In this document: positions 46,216 to 62,660 of the stretch, one piece after another
How the letters are laid out: each line of letters opens with the position of its first letter
Numbering within the stretch: the stretch's first letter is position 1
From: the human T2T-CHM13v2.0 reference genome, Homo sapiens
Assembly (NCBI RefSeq): GCF_009914755.1
Contig: NC_060927.1
DNA: 64,000 nt
Reading direction: 5' to 3' (one strand)
Notes under the pieces: generated by a model
Database searches by the model: none
What the model was told of the DNA's origin: nothing
The model's input: only the letters and a program-made list of their open reading frames with translations
Translations under genes and position numbers: made by a program

Positions 46216-48793
46216 AAGGTAAAATAATTATGCAAAGAACTTGATAAATATAGAAACCAATGTGAGCAATTTAGCCAAACAAAATCCCATCTTTAATTGA
46301 TACTTATTCTCTCTCAATTATGTGGGAAAATATCTCAGCTTGACTGTCATTTTGCAGAAGATGGTGATATCTGTATTGGAACATCTTCATATTCAACTTC
46401 AAATCTACAACATCTAGAATCACGACTGGAGCATAGTCGTTAAATGAAAGTGTTGTGGATGATAGTGAATCAATTCATGATCATAATAACTCAAGAAATT
46501 TATTCTTCATTCCCTTTAAATAAAACCTAAAAATACTAGTTCTAGGTGTGTGTGAATACTTGTGCATTTCTTGCTAAATTGTCAAAGGACTGGCTCCTTC
46601 TCCTGTCTTACATTTCATTTCTTTCTTAACCTTTTCCAATTTGGGTTTGACCCAACTACTCTTTTAGAATGACCATTGTTTCCTAATGTCTAATTAAGTG
46701 GCTTCCTTTCATTCCCCTTTATTGATCTGCATCTCCACATGTAGACCCTCATATTTACTTCCTTGAGAAATATTTCTAAATGTATGTGTCTAAATCCCTA
46801 ACGTTGAAGATGACTGAATCAGAAAATATTAACCTTGGCATAAAAGTTTGTTTTCTCTTGTATTCCCCTTTCCAGCAAAGGTGTTGCCATGCATTTATTA
46901 TTAGCACATTAGAAATATCTCTCTTACTCCCTTCTGAACAATAGCTCAATTTATATCCATCATATTTCAAATCCAGCATCTCTCTGACCAACCTCCCCTA
47001 TCTCTCTACCTTGCAACATTGATCCTGATTTATACCCTACATTTTTGTGTAAGTCCTTTCCAATGGTCTCTCTGCCTCTGTTTTCTCACTATCAATTTAT
47101 TTTACATATTCCTTTATGGACATCTTTCTAAAGCATTAAAGGAGTATTAGACTCCTACTCAAAATATTTCACAGCTTTAAAAACAATAAAACTACAGTGT
47201 GAGGTGGTGACAAGTTCATAGAAATAGAACGTACAAGTTGTTTTCAATATTGGACATAAAACTGGAACAAATTTGACTTGAGGATGAGTCCCTAAAGTGT
47301 TGTCCTTAGAATCCTTAGGTTATGTATGGCTAAGGACACCATGCATCCCAGAGCCTAAGTTAAAACTGATTTACTGTTAAGGGATCAACTCACCTCCACA
47401 ATGAGGAGCATGAGAATTATGGAACAGGAATAAAGCATGGCATTATATTTACATTGTATGGGCAGATACGCTAGTGATGTGTGCTTATGCTGATTTACCA
47501 TATTGTAGTATACTGTGAACTCATGTTTAAATATGACAATGTTTAAGCAACACGATCACCCACTTTGCCATATTTCTTCATTTTTCTTGAGTTAACGTGG
47601 CTGTTAAATAATTTTATTGACTTTTGGATTATAGTACACATATTATAACCAGATGCTGCTAAAAGTAATTGGCAATTTGTTTTGGCCAAAACTAATTCAA
47701 TGAAGAATTTATAATCATGAAAATCATTGTGACTTTTCAATGATATTCTTAATTTTGATCCATTCCCCACCTATCAATGGAAATATAGAATATTAACTTC
47801 ATTTGTTATGTCAGCTATACTTTGTCCTAGAACATGTATTTTTGTTTGTAAACTCTTGCTTCTTACAATCTTTAGGGTCTATTTGGATCATTAAGGAGTT
47901 GTCATTTTAGCATACAGAACTCTATTTCTCTCTATCCCACCCATGTCTACCCTCAGTAAAGATTCTTTATGTCAACTGGGTGAAAAACCAGGTGGTGATT
48001 CTCCAGTACTTTTGCTGCTAGAGGAAGAAATGCAAGTTAAAGAGCAGCAATACTGCCTGGCCCTGAACCTTCAGGGCTTAAATAAAGAGCCTAGAATATC
48101 GTCTCAGCTACAGTAAGCCATTCTTACATTAAAACTAGCTCTTTAGATTTTAAGCAGTCTGATGTAGCCTCATTTTCTAACATTTAGAAGCTTAAGTGTC
48201 TTATTTTTTACCAAATACAGTATAGAATGTCAACAAGCTAAACACCAGATCAGTGCAGAAATAATATGGAATGGCAACCAAGAAAAAGGAAAAATGAAAG
48301 TTTGTCAGGAGGCACTACAGTTGTCCCCCAAGTTTATTATTGCAATTGATCACATTTATGAAAATAACAGTTATAATGCAAGGAAGATGGTTACAGTATA
48401 ATGTAAAGAATTCGCTCCATATACCACTTGACAACTTTATTTCCCCTACAAACTGGTGTTATGGTACATATAAGTTATTCTGTGACAGGATACCACTGGT
48501 GGATTATGTTGCCATATGTTATTTGTTATAAAAATCACAATGATGTTACAGGCCATTTATTGAAATATCTAAACACAACTGGGAAAAATGACTTTCTGTG
48601 CTAGACCAGCTGTATTTTCCATACTCATTTTGGCCATTGCTTCTCATTATCAGGTTTCTGGGAAGATCATTCTCTAGCTGACAGGCTTTCAGAACTGGAA
48701 TTTGGGGGAATAAAACGAGGTAACAAATGACTATATTTAAATGTTGGAGCACAGAGTCCATTCTCTATTTCACATGGTAAATTTTCTCTTTCA

Positions 48794-49101
<308 letters not shown>

Positions 49102-49103
49102 TT

Positions 49104-49200
49104 AAGAAAGAAAAGAAAGAAGGAAGGAAGGAAGGAAAGAAGGAAGGAAGGAAGGAAGGAAGGAAGGAAGGAAGGAAGGAAGGGAGGGAGGGAGGGAGGG
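49104..49200 (+). repeat. Homopurine microsatellite (GGAA)4 + (GGAA)10 + (GGGA)4GGG
   Basis: Read directly: GGAA x4 at 49122-49137, GGAA x10 at 49142-49181, G3 runs at 49182-49200. Confidence 0.95.
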
Positions 49201-49829
49201 ATTCTCTGGCCTTGAATTGCTTCTTTGTTCCTGATCTATTAGAAACTTTGAGAGTAGCTATTTAGACTTCATAATGTAAGCATCATAAACACTACTCCTC
49301 ATTGATGCTGAAAACCATTACTAAATTTTTGAGTTCTTATTACATTCACTTTTGTATATTTTCTTATTTAATTTTTGTAACAATCAGATAAGCAAAGAGA
49401 AGCACAGAGACTTAGCCACAATCCCAGTGAGTGGTATCAGAGCCCGGTACATTTAAATTCAATGATTTCTTGTTGAACTACTTCCATTCTTTTTGGTTAC
49501 TCCAAATAGCCAGGACTAGCCCCTGTGTAAGATTATCTATCAGAGGTTGTTAAGCCTGATACCTTGTTATGCTGAGGTCTTTTCCCCTTGAGAAGAGGAC
49601 TTAACAATGGATTGGCCACAGGTGACAAGGGAAACAATTCAGCAAATGTAAATCACCAGTGGTATATCTGGCAGCACAGAGTGAGCAACCACATGGTCCC
49701 AAGACTTCTTCCAGTAATGGCATTTCATATGGGTGTCCCGTAAATAAACAAGATTATGGAAGCCAGTAAGGGACCAACCAAACCTAGAGCACAGAAGCAT
49801 GTAAGAACAGGTGTTTATTAACATTTTAC

Positions 49830-50126
49830 GGCCGGGCACAGTGGCTCACGCCTGTAATCCCAGCACTCTGGGAGGCCAAGGCACGCGGATCATGAGGTCA
49901 GGAGATCGAGACCATCCTGGCTAACCGGTGAAATCCCGTCTCTACTAAAAATACAAAAAATTAGCCGGGTGCGGTGGCGGGCGCCTGTAGTCCCAGCTAC
50001 TCGGGAGGCTGAGGCAGGAGAACGGTGTGAACCCCGGAGGCGGAGCTTGCGGTGAGCCGAGATCGCGCCACTGCAGTCAGGCCTGGGCGAAAGAGTGAGA
50101 CTCCGTTTCAAAAAAAAAAAAAAAAA
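49830..50126 (+). mobile_element. AluY-family SINE (variant, possibly Yk-type)
   Basis: CpG-rich, 'gagatcgagaccatcctggctaac', variant 'cagtcaggcctgggcgaaag'. TSD CATTTTA. Confidence 0.92.
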
Positions 50127-51892
50127 CCATTTTATGCCATCCATATATCCAGCCAACTTCAGATTTAGTTCTGGTGTTCAAACGTCTCATTTTTATAGAA
50201 AAGTTTAATCCTGATGCATATTCATCCTTCACAATCTACCCCGAGCCTCTTAATTCTATTTCCTTCTTTGATATTCAACCTATCTGTTTTCTGCAAGTCT
50301 ATGCAGCTTACAGTAACATATTGTTACATATAATCAAAGATTGCCATATGTGTTGTACATCTATGTATATATGACAGAAATCTAGAGACATAAAGCCTAA
50401 AAAAGTGCTTTGAGAAAAATTTACCATTTGAATTTTTAAACTATAGGTGTCATACAGACTCTTACTGATATTTTGGGTAGTTTGGAAAAAGCAGGCAGAA
50501 ATGAGGACACACAAAAATAAAATTGAAGCCAAAGAAGAGAAGAAATTCATACTGGATAAGAGAAATTCTATTTCATTTTGATGAAGTGTTTTCGAAGGCC
50601 TAGAGAGACTTTTTTTCTAACCTCCCATGTTATATTTATCTCGTGTGCTTCTGAGGTAACTAAGAAAAAGAAGATAAGAGGAGAGAACGGAGAAATAGAT
50701 TTTCTTTTCCTCTTGAAGCCTGTTTCTTGGTACATATAAATGTAACACAATAGCCGCAAGAATCATCACACTTTAAGGGCAAGTGGATTTTAAAGGACCA
50801 AATAAATAGCTTTTTTCCTAAGCTGTATTTCCATCTCATCAACAGTAAAATGGTTTCTAAAATGAGGTGTTAAAAAATAAAAATTAAAACATTGCCAGAT
50901 GCTTTTGAGAATGCATACTATTGTGATTTGAGACCTCATAGGACTTAAAATATGCCTTTTTAAAAATTATTCTTTTGCTGTGAGAGTTTGTAGCTTAAAT
51001 AATTCAGAGTATATATTTCATTTTACATGGCAAAAATGACATGCGTTTTGATGATCAGAATTCTATAGTAAGTCAGATAACACACAATATAAAATTACTT
51101 AATGCAACACTGCTGCTTATCAACCCCTCCACCTTTTGTTCATCTCTCCATCCAGCAATCACTGGGTAAGTCTCTTCCAGGACTGATATTTTGCTCAATG
51201 CTGGGGATATCATAATGAATAATATTTTCCCATTTTCTAGAAAGCTGATGTTTTAATAGGAGGTGATTACTGGGGTTAGGAAAGTGAATATTTTGTCTTT
51301 GATAGATCCTAGGGATTATATCTCTGTGGAGAGTGACCCTTTTCTTTGCCAAATAAATCTAGGCCCAGCCCAACCTCTATGAAGTTCTTTTTCCCTTGAT
51401 TACCTGGAATTAATATGCTTGTCCTGATTTTCATAGACCACAGTAATATATATTCAAGTCTCTTGCTCACCTACTATAACTTTGAAATTTTTTTAGCAAA
51501 AATTTTACCTTGAAATTATCTCAAAACCCAACTTGTCCTCAAGTTGCTGAAATAAAGGTAGCAAAAAAGAAATTATACAGCGAATCTATCAGACCTCCAT
51601 TTTAATTCTTAGAGTTAAATTTTGACATAATTCCTTCCCAAAATTTAGTAGCATTTTTTTCTTTCTTTCATTTTGGTATTCGGATAGCCTATGTATCTCA
51701 AAATGAATTTATATTAGAAACTGGAAACTTGGCAAGTCATTAGCAAGAAAACTTTTACCAAGGTTGTTATTTTTCGGGGAAAAATTATAAGCAGGCAAAA
51801 AATAGTTTAATCAACTAAACTTGAAATGTAAAATACCTTTAGAAATATTTTTGTGTCTGTGTATCTAAATAAAACTCAAAAACTCTTTGAGA

Positions 51893-52221
<329 letters not shown>

Positions 52222-54189
52222 CTAGGAGAAAATGTTCCAGTTTATTTGATTCTGCTATGTTGTTTTAACCCCAATATGGTGTATTATGGTAGTTTGAAAA
52301 ATTCTAAGCTTTTAATATTGTTTAAACATCTGCTTTTGAGGAAATGTATTTTTTTTCCTGGATATGATACATATAAAATATCCTATCTGGGCTGAGTGCC
52401 AGGAAGCTACCATGCTTAAGTAATAAACCCAATTATCTTGCTAATAAACAGCAACTAGAAATTGAACTCCTGTTGGCAGATATATAGGATACTTAAACAC
52501 TAAGTGGGATTAATTAAACTCTTAAAGGAGTTACATTACAAACAAATATAATGATAAATCTTTATACAAATATAAGTATAGTAATTATCTCATTTTCTCC
52601 TCTTTTTAGCTAATAAAGTTTATGCTTTTGAATTATCATGAGAAAAAGGCTTCAGAAATAATGAAGTGCTTACCCCCAAGGATCTTCTGATATATAAATG
52701 TCAGGTTCCCAACTGACAAAAGATGAATGTGATGATAGATATTGTGGTCCCAATGCCAAGGGATATGACTGTGATATTCTCAAATATGGTGTAGATGTTA
52801 GGAAAATATTGATACTATAATGTGTCAAGCAGAGTGTTTTTGGGGGCTAAAGTGAATAGTAGTTGAGATGATTCAGGTCAAACATAAGTACGTAAGAATG
52901 AATTTATGGTCAATGTAATAGATTTACTTAGAAAAGTATTATAGACTTTTGTACAATTTATTTTCTAATTATTTCAAAGCAATTACCCAAAGGCAAAGTT
53001 GTCTATATGAAAAAAAATTTTTTTTGTTACAAGCGGCAACCTGTTTTGTTTGAGGTCATTTCAGAATTTTGCCTGAGTTTATTGCATTCAAAAGGGAGTC
53101 GTAATTTCTAAGAACAAATAGTGTACAAAATTAGGGCCTCTACTCTTCTTTCTTCAAAAATGTGTAATGAGATGAGAGGAGTGAGATAACCTCACGCCTA
53201 CCATTACAAACAAACCTACACACAACCAATAAACAAACACAAGAAAGAGAAGCAACAAAGCTGGAAGTAAGATATTACCTTATGTCAGACATTTCAAAAA
53301 AGTTAACTAAGGAAATAAAGATAATTTCAGGGCAACAATGTGCTATATTTAGTCATGACATTATATTCTGCATCTGTTTTGATGAGTTGCAAAATCCTGT
53401 GAATTCTAATATCCTTAAATCTCAAGAGAGAAAAATATTATTCCCTTCCTTTCTATTATATAGAGCATGGGGGTATAGTTTGAACTACTGATGGGGAGAT
53501 AAGCATGAAGATAGATGTCAATAAAAGAATCCGAATGTCTCAGATGAAGACCTAAGCTCCAAGTCAGTCTCAGCTTTGGTGGTGATGATGTCAGGCAGAG
53601 TGGGTTTTCTGTACCAAGGGCAGAGTTATAGTCAGCCAAAGCAAATGTTAGAGGTTATCTAATTGATCAGAAAAGATGACAGAGATATGGTATTCCCACT
53701 AACAATGCCCAAGGTGCCAGCTGAGTTTTTAACTTTCCTTAATCCCTTATTTGTCCCACATACTACAGAAGAGATTGCAATGCTCAAGTATTAAATTACA
53801 ACCCAGAGAAGGCAAGGGCCATGTAAATTATAAAAGTAATAAATAAAATTAATCTGATTTATATCAGAAGAGATACAAAATCTGGACAAAGCTATCCATG
53901 TTAGGTAAGAAGAAATAAAGGATCACAGAAACAAGATCAATATGATATGGCTAAGGGGTAGGGCAGCGATAACAGAAGAGGGTGCCAAAACCATGAAGCC
54001 TTCAGCCTACAATAAAGTAAAGCCTAAAGAGTTAGAAAACGTTCTTCTGAGTGTTTTACGCTGAGGTGAAACTTCAGTAGTAGGCATTTTCAACTTGAAT
54101 AAAAGGTATTTTCTGTAAAATGATAAAATGAGATGAGATGACATCATAGTTAATACAATGATTGTTGTGTGTGGTTTTTTTTTTTTTTG

Positions 54190-54390
54190 GCAGCTTAGAT
54201 ATATTCACTTATTATACTTTATCTTCACAGCATCCCTATAAGGTAGGTTTCATTCCCATCTTACAGATTAGAAAACTGAGTCACAAAGAGCTTTAGCATG
54301 ATACACAAAGCCTTGCAATAAGTAAGTGTTGGAGTTGGAATTTAAGTGTAAGCACTGTAGCCCCAGAGTATGTGCTTTTAGATGCTATGA
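54190..54390. mobile_element. MIR
   Basis: 'atcttcacagcatccctataaggtagg...cccatcttacagattagaaaactgag...ggagttggaatttaa'. Confidence 0.7.
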
Positions 54391-54569
54391 TATAATGTCC
54401 ATTAATACAAAATCACATGAAAAAGGTATATTGCAGATGTAAGAAAATAAGTGATAAGTAAAAGAAGTAATGCATAAAATTAGAAGAGCAAGAAATAGAA
54501 GCTAATAAACCCGAAGCTAAAGGGTAAAATATAAAGATTAAGATAAATATGACTAAAATAGTTTCAATT

Positions 54570-56040
54570 CTCTTCCTGCATTGCAAACGCCCCTCAAAGG
54601 ACTTAAAACTAGGATCATTTGGTTTCTGCAGGACAGTTGTTCAGGCAGGACTCACTGATTATGAGCTCTCTGTTGCATAGTATCAGATGCGAAAGTTCAA
54701 AGGGGAATGAAGGATCCAAAGTGTTGTAATTTACATGTGTTTGTTCTTGATGGCTTCTTTGTGACCTCTCTCTTCACATGATTTCTTATAATTAAATAAT
54801 TTGGTGATTAGATTTAAACAGAGTGAAAACATGCTTAAAGCTGAGGTCTAGTATTAACTTCTGCCATATTTCCTTTTTTAAAAAATTTACATATTTGTTT
54901 TAATAGGAAAAACATATAGACCATTTAAATATTAATCATAAAAGAATGTCCAAACATTTAACAATTCTATAGCATATATCACACAATAATTATAAAGAAA
55001 TTAAAATTTTGTACATTTACATTTCATAGAATTACCAGTAAACCTGAGATTATTTCAATAATTTACTCTTTCCCTATACTTTGACTAAGGTTCTGTAGGT
55101 CTCTTTACTTGACTTACTTTGAACTAAATGGTTTAGTATTTCGTTGCTCCCTGTATAAATTCATTAGTTACAATCATATGAAAATCTTTGGATACACTAT
55201 TAAATCATAAATTCTTTCTTTAATATAGTCTAATATGCAATTACTTTTAACACCTCTCCCACACTACTAATACCTTAAAATTTTATTTTAATCTTTCCTG
55301 ACTTTTGTCTTACTGTTGTCACGCACTTTAATTTTACATATATTTTAATCTCCATAAGACATTTCTAAAATCGCTTCATAAAACAATATTTATTTATCTT
55401 TATCTTTATCTTATCTTTTCTACTGCCTTTCATTCCTTCCTGCATTTTCAGTTTCAATATGGGATTATTGTCCCTTGGAAAGAACTTGTCACAGTATTTT
55501 TTTTTTTTTCCTTTTTGATGGAGTCTCGCTCTGTCGCTCAGGCTGGAGTGCAGTGGCGTGATCTCGCTCACTGCAAGCTCCTCTCTCGGGTTCACACCAT
55601 TCTCCTGCCTCAGCCTCCCGAGTAGCTGGGACTACAGGCACCCGCCACCATGCCCAGCTAATTTTTTTTATTTTCAGTAGAGACGGGGTTTCACCATGTT
55701 AGCCAGGATGGTCTCGATCTCCTGACCTCGTGATCTGCCCACCTCGGCCTCCCAAAGTGCTGAGATTACAGGCGTGAGCCACCGCTCCCAGCGGAACTCG
55801 TCACAGTATTTTTAAACAACTCACGGTAATTCTAATTCAGACTGCTAACAGTGAAATAGTTCAGTTTCAGTTTTTCTTAACACAACTTTATTAATTTGCT
55901 CAAAGCTAAGCACAAAGTTTAGACCATATTGAAGAAGAAAAGAAATAGACACCACCTCTTGATAGAAGGAGTGGCAAAGTTGCATTGTAAACAGGCATGC
56001 AGGATGGAAAGAATTGCATGGACATCTTTGAAAAAACTCA
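54570..56040. mobile_element. Old MLT1 (G/H-like) LTR split by an L1M fragment and an AluY
   Basis: MLT1-like segments at about 54570-54865 and 55900-56040 ('aaatagacaccacctcttgatagaaggagtggcaaag') flank L1M-like sequence. Confidence 0.45.
55497..55793 (-). mobile_element. AluY SINE
   Basis: Reverse dimer with 19-bp TSD GAACT(T/C)GTCACAGTATTTT at 55482-55500 and 55794-55812. Confidence 0.94.
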
Positions 56041-56059
56041 ACAAATAAAGAGTATTCTA

Positions 56060-56280
56060 CAACTCTTTATTTTTCAGACTCACTGTGTTGATCATTTTAT
56101 ATGTATTCATTTATTCGATCCTCCCAATAACCTAACAGATACTATTGTAATGTCAATTTCCATTTTGCACACGAAGGACTTGAAGAACATAGGACTTTAT
56201 TTAATGTCTAAAAAACACACAACTAGTAGATGATGGTGCCATATGTCAAAGTCAGGCCTCCTGGCTTCAGTCTCCACTAG
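56060..56280. mobile_element. MIR
   Basis: 'gatcctcccaataaccta...tccattttgcacacgaaggac...cacacaactagtag'. Confidence 0.55.
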
Positions 56281-57387
56281 TAATCTGTCTCATTGCTCCC
56301 TCATTTCAGAAGGTTCTTCCTGAAATTCAGAAGGAACGGAATCTGCACATTGAGAAGGAACACCAAGTCCAGGAATGATTCATCTATGCAATGGCTAGTG
56401 AGATGTACCTTTGTAAGATCGTTTAGCTTAAAGGTAAAAAAGGGAGATTTTTAGCCATCTGGGCAACAAAAGCAAACCAACCATAAGAAGAAACATGAGG
56501 TTGAGTTAAGAAATGTTCAGATCAGTGTTCCATGCTAGAGGACTAGGGAGCAATGTCAACAGTACTCATGCAATAGAAAGGACAGTGTGTAAACAGCCAG
56601 CCGAGGTGTTTTGGGGACAAACAAATGGTCAAACCTCAAGGTATACCGGAAGTGCTATGCCCATGAGTTTTTGTGGGGGAGGGGAAGAAAAGAAAAGAAA
56701 CTCAGTAAGGAAAATCAGCCATATAAATACAAATGAAAATGGACCTCAGAAAATGGAGAACTTAGTTTTTGTGTTCAAATGAACATTAAAGATCTGTATA
56801 CCATCTATAGAAATATAACAGAACGAATTTTGTGCAGGAATGTTTCAAGGCAAATATTAAGTAATAAACATAAGTTTTGGAGATTAAAAATAAGTGGAAG
56901 TTGATAATATAAGAGGAAGTCTTGTTGTGTTTTTGGTGCAGGGATCTTGCCAAGCCAGTAGCCATCATAGGTTTTGTTTGTTTGGCTTCCGTTGCTGTAG
57001 CAAGGGTTACATTATTTGGGAAAAATTACTTCCTGGGTATATCACAAAAAAGCAGAAGTGATGTGTGAAGGAGAAGTAATAAATATTTTTAAAATATTTT
57101 TTAGATTCTATATTGAACTTTATTTACATTAAATAATCTTTTCACAATAGTACTGCAAGGCAAATATCAATAATAATCTCAGTAGGTATATAATTATGTT
57201 TAATGAAATATTATGATTTTTTCTCAAATTTTTTTGTTAACTTTAAGAGAGCATTTAACATCCAAAGAGACAGCTTATAATGTCTCCCAAAATTTTCCTA
57301 TAACTTGAAATCTATATGGTTTTATGTTTTAACTTTCAAACTTTATTTCATCTGCATAAGTTTTGATAGCATATAGAAGGAAATCAG

Positions 57388-57388
<1 letters not shown>

Positions 57389-57421
<33 letters not shown>
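57389..57421. repeat. (TG)16 microsatellite
   Basis: Read directly. Confidence 0.95.
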
Positions 57422-57423
<2 letters not shown>

Positions 57424-58008
57424 ATGCACATTTTTGCTTGGATAAACAATTATTCATTTACTACATATTGAATAGTTATTCTTTCCTCATGGGTTGAAAA
57501 GTTAGTTTGTGTTTTATAAGATTATTCTGATAGACAGCTAACTAGCTAGTTAGCTGGATAAATAGAATCATTCTATTTTTCTCTTTTACTGAGCTCCATG
57601 TCTGTGGATCTAAGCTATTTCACTCTCAGCTACTGTATGGGTTTTTATTACTTCATTGGTCATGTCATACATTCTTTTTTAATATTCTTTGCTATTCTTA
57701 TACGTGAATTTCTTTTTTAGAAATTAACTTGAAATTGAATTTGCCAAATTTTCCTCTATATAATCTTATTGAGATTTTGACCAAAAGATCATTTAATTTA
57801 TAAATAAATTTGAAAAGTAATGACATCTCTACAATATTAAAACTGCTGTTTTGGATTATTTTATGACTATAAACAATTACTTATTTTTTGCTTCATATTG
57901 TTTTGACTATTTTGTGATTTAGTCCTGTATATTTTGAAGTTCTTTTTGGTATTTGAATCATAGTTTTTTCTAATACATCAACTTTCATATTTTACTGTTG
58001 CTCTATAG

Positions 58009-58318
<310 letters not shown>

Positions 58319-60291
58319 AAGATATTACTTTTTTAAATGGCTTTTCAAAACAGATAGCTTACTATATTCTGATCAACATTAATGTACTCTTCAATTATTC
58401 TCATGGAGTTAATGTAGCTAATTTGAAAATACTTTTATGTTCTTTTATTGTGCATACTATTTATTATTCTTCAGTTTTGCAGTTGATAAACATGCCATAA
58501 TAATATTGTATAAAAATAATAATAGGAGCTATGCTCACCACTTTTAGATTAATGTTTTTCATTGAAATTGATATATTCTATTGGTTTTGCATGAATAGTT
58601 TTAATTACAAACAGTTTTATTCTGTATTTAGTCAAATCAGTAATAAATGCTAAATTTTATAAAGTACTCCTTTTTAAAAGAAAATGTTAGATGTCTTTCT
58701 TCCTTTTGTTTAGTAACATAGCATGTATTAAATTCTAAATATGTTCTCAAATTTGCATTTCTGGGACAAATCCTGTTTTTGTAAGGCATTTTATTCTTTG
58801 TTTAGCATTCTTTTTTTTATTGTGTTTATATATGGTTTTCACTAATGCTCCTAGATTAAACCAATATATTGTTTTCTTTTAGCACAATATTTGCCAGACT
58901 GTGATGTACTTTTCTAAGACTTAAAGTATGATTTGAGATGTTTTCTATTTTTTAATATAAACTTAGCCACAAGGCTTATTCAAATATCTCTAATAATTTG
59001 AAGGGGCATGTCTACCAAACATAAAATGAATCCAAGAAAAAAGATAGCATGTGGATACAGAAAAAGGCATTAGCTATATTCAAAAAAGGAAGATTGCCAG
59101 TTTCAGCAGCAACATTCACAGTTTGGAAGCCACCATTCCCATCTTTATAAGAAAAGAAAAACTTAACAAACTGAACATGAATAATTTTCTTTAGATTCTA
59201 CAGAGAATTAATGTCACAGAGCAAACCACCATTCTGAAGTCTAGAGAAGTGGGTAACAATGGATAATATCAAACCCGGGATAAACTTACCCAGAGCAGAA
59301 GCCATTGAACAATTAAACAGTAATTGTCAGATTAATGGAGACTGAACATGGGCTAGATCAAAAGTTAAAAACATCTGGAAACACAGTCTTTAAGGGGAGG
59401 TCTCACACTTTCCTGGGTTTTACCTCTAATCATCCCACCCAGTTTTTAAGATGAAGAAATGAGACAAATACCCTTCTGTTTCAGCCAGAGATAGGGAATG
59501 AATAACCATTTTTAAATAACCCTAGGGGAAATTTTATTATTTTGAGATATTGCCAGAACATTCTTCTTAACAACAGCCTGCCCTCCATGGGAAACTGAGT
59601 TATCTAACCCTTACCTGACTTGGAAGAAAGGGTATTACACAACTCCAACATCTTCTAGCCTTGTGGTCTTACGTAAAAGAGGAAGGAAAGGCTAAAAGAT
59701 GCCTATGGATTTTCTGGACTGACATCAGCAAGATGATGAACTATTAATAGTAAGCTCCAGGCACCTTGTTCCCTCATAAAAACATTAAAACAAAACAAAA
59801 CAACTAAAACTGACTTAAATAACGTTGTAGGAATGCTGAAAAGGTGAATGATTTACAACAACCAATCAAATGTCCAATTAAGAAAAAATGACATTTAGAA
59901 TGATAGAAAATTCTGTGGAGTTTTTACTACCTACTCCCACTGCACAAGATCCACCCTGGCCCAGTGTGGGAGAAATAGCTGTCCAGCTTCCGATTTCCTC
60001 CTTCAAACTGGAGGGAGCAAAGAAGACTTTATTTGCACTGTTGAAATCTTTCTAGGGAATGCCTGAAAGATGAGTCTCTATTTTTCCTCCCTCTGAACTC
60101 ATTTGGGGAAAAGCTGCATATCTTGGGTCTCAGGCTGGGAAAAGTCATGCAAAGTAGCTTTTGAAAACTTCAGGAGGTGTACAGACCCACAGATGCCTGG
60201 GGCAAGATTTTTTTGTGGAGGGATATGATAGCATATCTACAGACCCAATATAAACCAGGAGTGGGACTCTTTGGAAAATTAAGATATTTAA

Positions 60292-60613
<322 letters not shown>

Positions 60614-61052
60614 TATACTAGAATAAATTTTAGAAAGCACACATGCAAGCCCAGGGAATACATATGCTCAGAAAAGGACTGAGAAGACCTTTAAGACTTT
60701 ATTCTGGGGAGATGTCAAGGTTCAGAACATTTCCTGCTAATTAGTAAAGGTCTTTCCTGACAGTCTGAAAAGATTGATAAAATACTTTTTTGCAATGTCT
60801 GAATTTCAGCAAAGATCACAAGACATACAAAGAAAGAGAAAAAGATTGCCTATTCAATGGAACAAAATTAATCTCCTGAAACTAATCCTAAAAAAACAAA
60901 TCATTGCACATTCTAGAGAAAAACTTTAAAACAACTCTCCAAAAATTGTTCAAAAACAAAAGGAAAACATGGACAATGGACAGAGAACCAAAGGAAATAA
61001 AAAAAAATTACGTATCAACAAAATTAGAATATTAATAGAATGATAGAGATTA

Positions 61053-61445
<393 letters not shown>

Positions 61446-62660
61446 TCAACAGCAGACTCAGACAGGCAGAATAAGGAGTTAGCAAACTTAAAAACAGTTC
61501 ATTTGAAATTGAGCGTGAGGAGAAAAAAGAAACAAAGTGAAAAAGAGCCTAATGAAATTATAAGACACTGACAAATGGACCAATATATGAATTATAGAAG
61601 TCTCAAAAGAAGATAAAGAGAACAAGATGGAGAGACTATTTGAAGGAACAAAGTAGAAAACTTCTGAAATTGGAGAAAGAGCATGAATATACAATGTCAA
61701 TAACTCAATGAAGTCTAAGTAGAATAAACCCAATGAGATCCATGCTGAAACATATTATAATGTAATTGCTGAAATCAAACAGCAGAAAATCTTGAAATTG
61801 GCAAGAGAAAAATGACTCATCATGTTCATGGGATCCTCTGTAAAATCATCAGTAGATTTCTTAGGAGAAACCTTAGGGGACAGGACACAGTAGGATGATA
61901 TATTTAAGGGGCTGAGAGAAGGAAAAAGAAAGAAAAAAAACTTCGTCAACTGAGAATTCTATATCTGATAACAAAATATTTCTTTAAAATATTCCTTATT
62001 TTAAATGAGGGAGAAATTAAGAGACTCAAGAAAAACAAAAGTTGAGGGAGTTCAGTACTATCAGGGCTGGATTACATACAATAAATGCTAAATTGAGCCA
62101 TTTTAGTTCATATAAATGGATGCTAGACAGTAGCTCAAAGCCATACAAAAATCTAAAATTCTCTGGTTAAGCAATATATATGAACAAATATAAAAACCAG
62201 TATTTTTGTAATTTTGGTTTTAACTCTTGTGTTTTATTCTTCCACAGGATTTTAAAAAACAAATGCATAAAAATAATCATATGCTTAAGTTTATGTGTAG
62301 ACAATTTATAAATATGTAATTTGGGGTATCAAAAACATAAAGGGGAGATGAAGCTTAAAGTTGTGCAATTTTTGTATGCCATTGAAATTATGTTGGTATG
62401 AATTAAAATAGATTGTTATAACTCTAAGATGTTACATGTAGTACCCATGGTAACCACATAGAAAATATATATGGAATATACACAATGAAAATGAGAAAGA
62501 AATAAAAATGTGTCACTAGAAAAAATGAACTGAACACAAAGGATAGTAGTAATTAAAGCAATGAGAGGCATAAAACTATAAGACACAGAAAACAACAAAT
62601 TGACAAAAGTAAGTTTTTCCCTATCAGTAAATACTTTAAGTTCAAAGGGATTAAACCCCC

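Noticed and set aside
52698-52820. 40-aa frame MSGSQLTKDECDDRYCGPNAKGYDCD... resembling a calcium-binding EGF module
   Set aside because: Only three cysteines with the wrong spacing and no matching donor or neighbouring exons. Probably chance.
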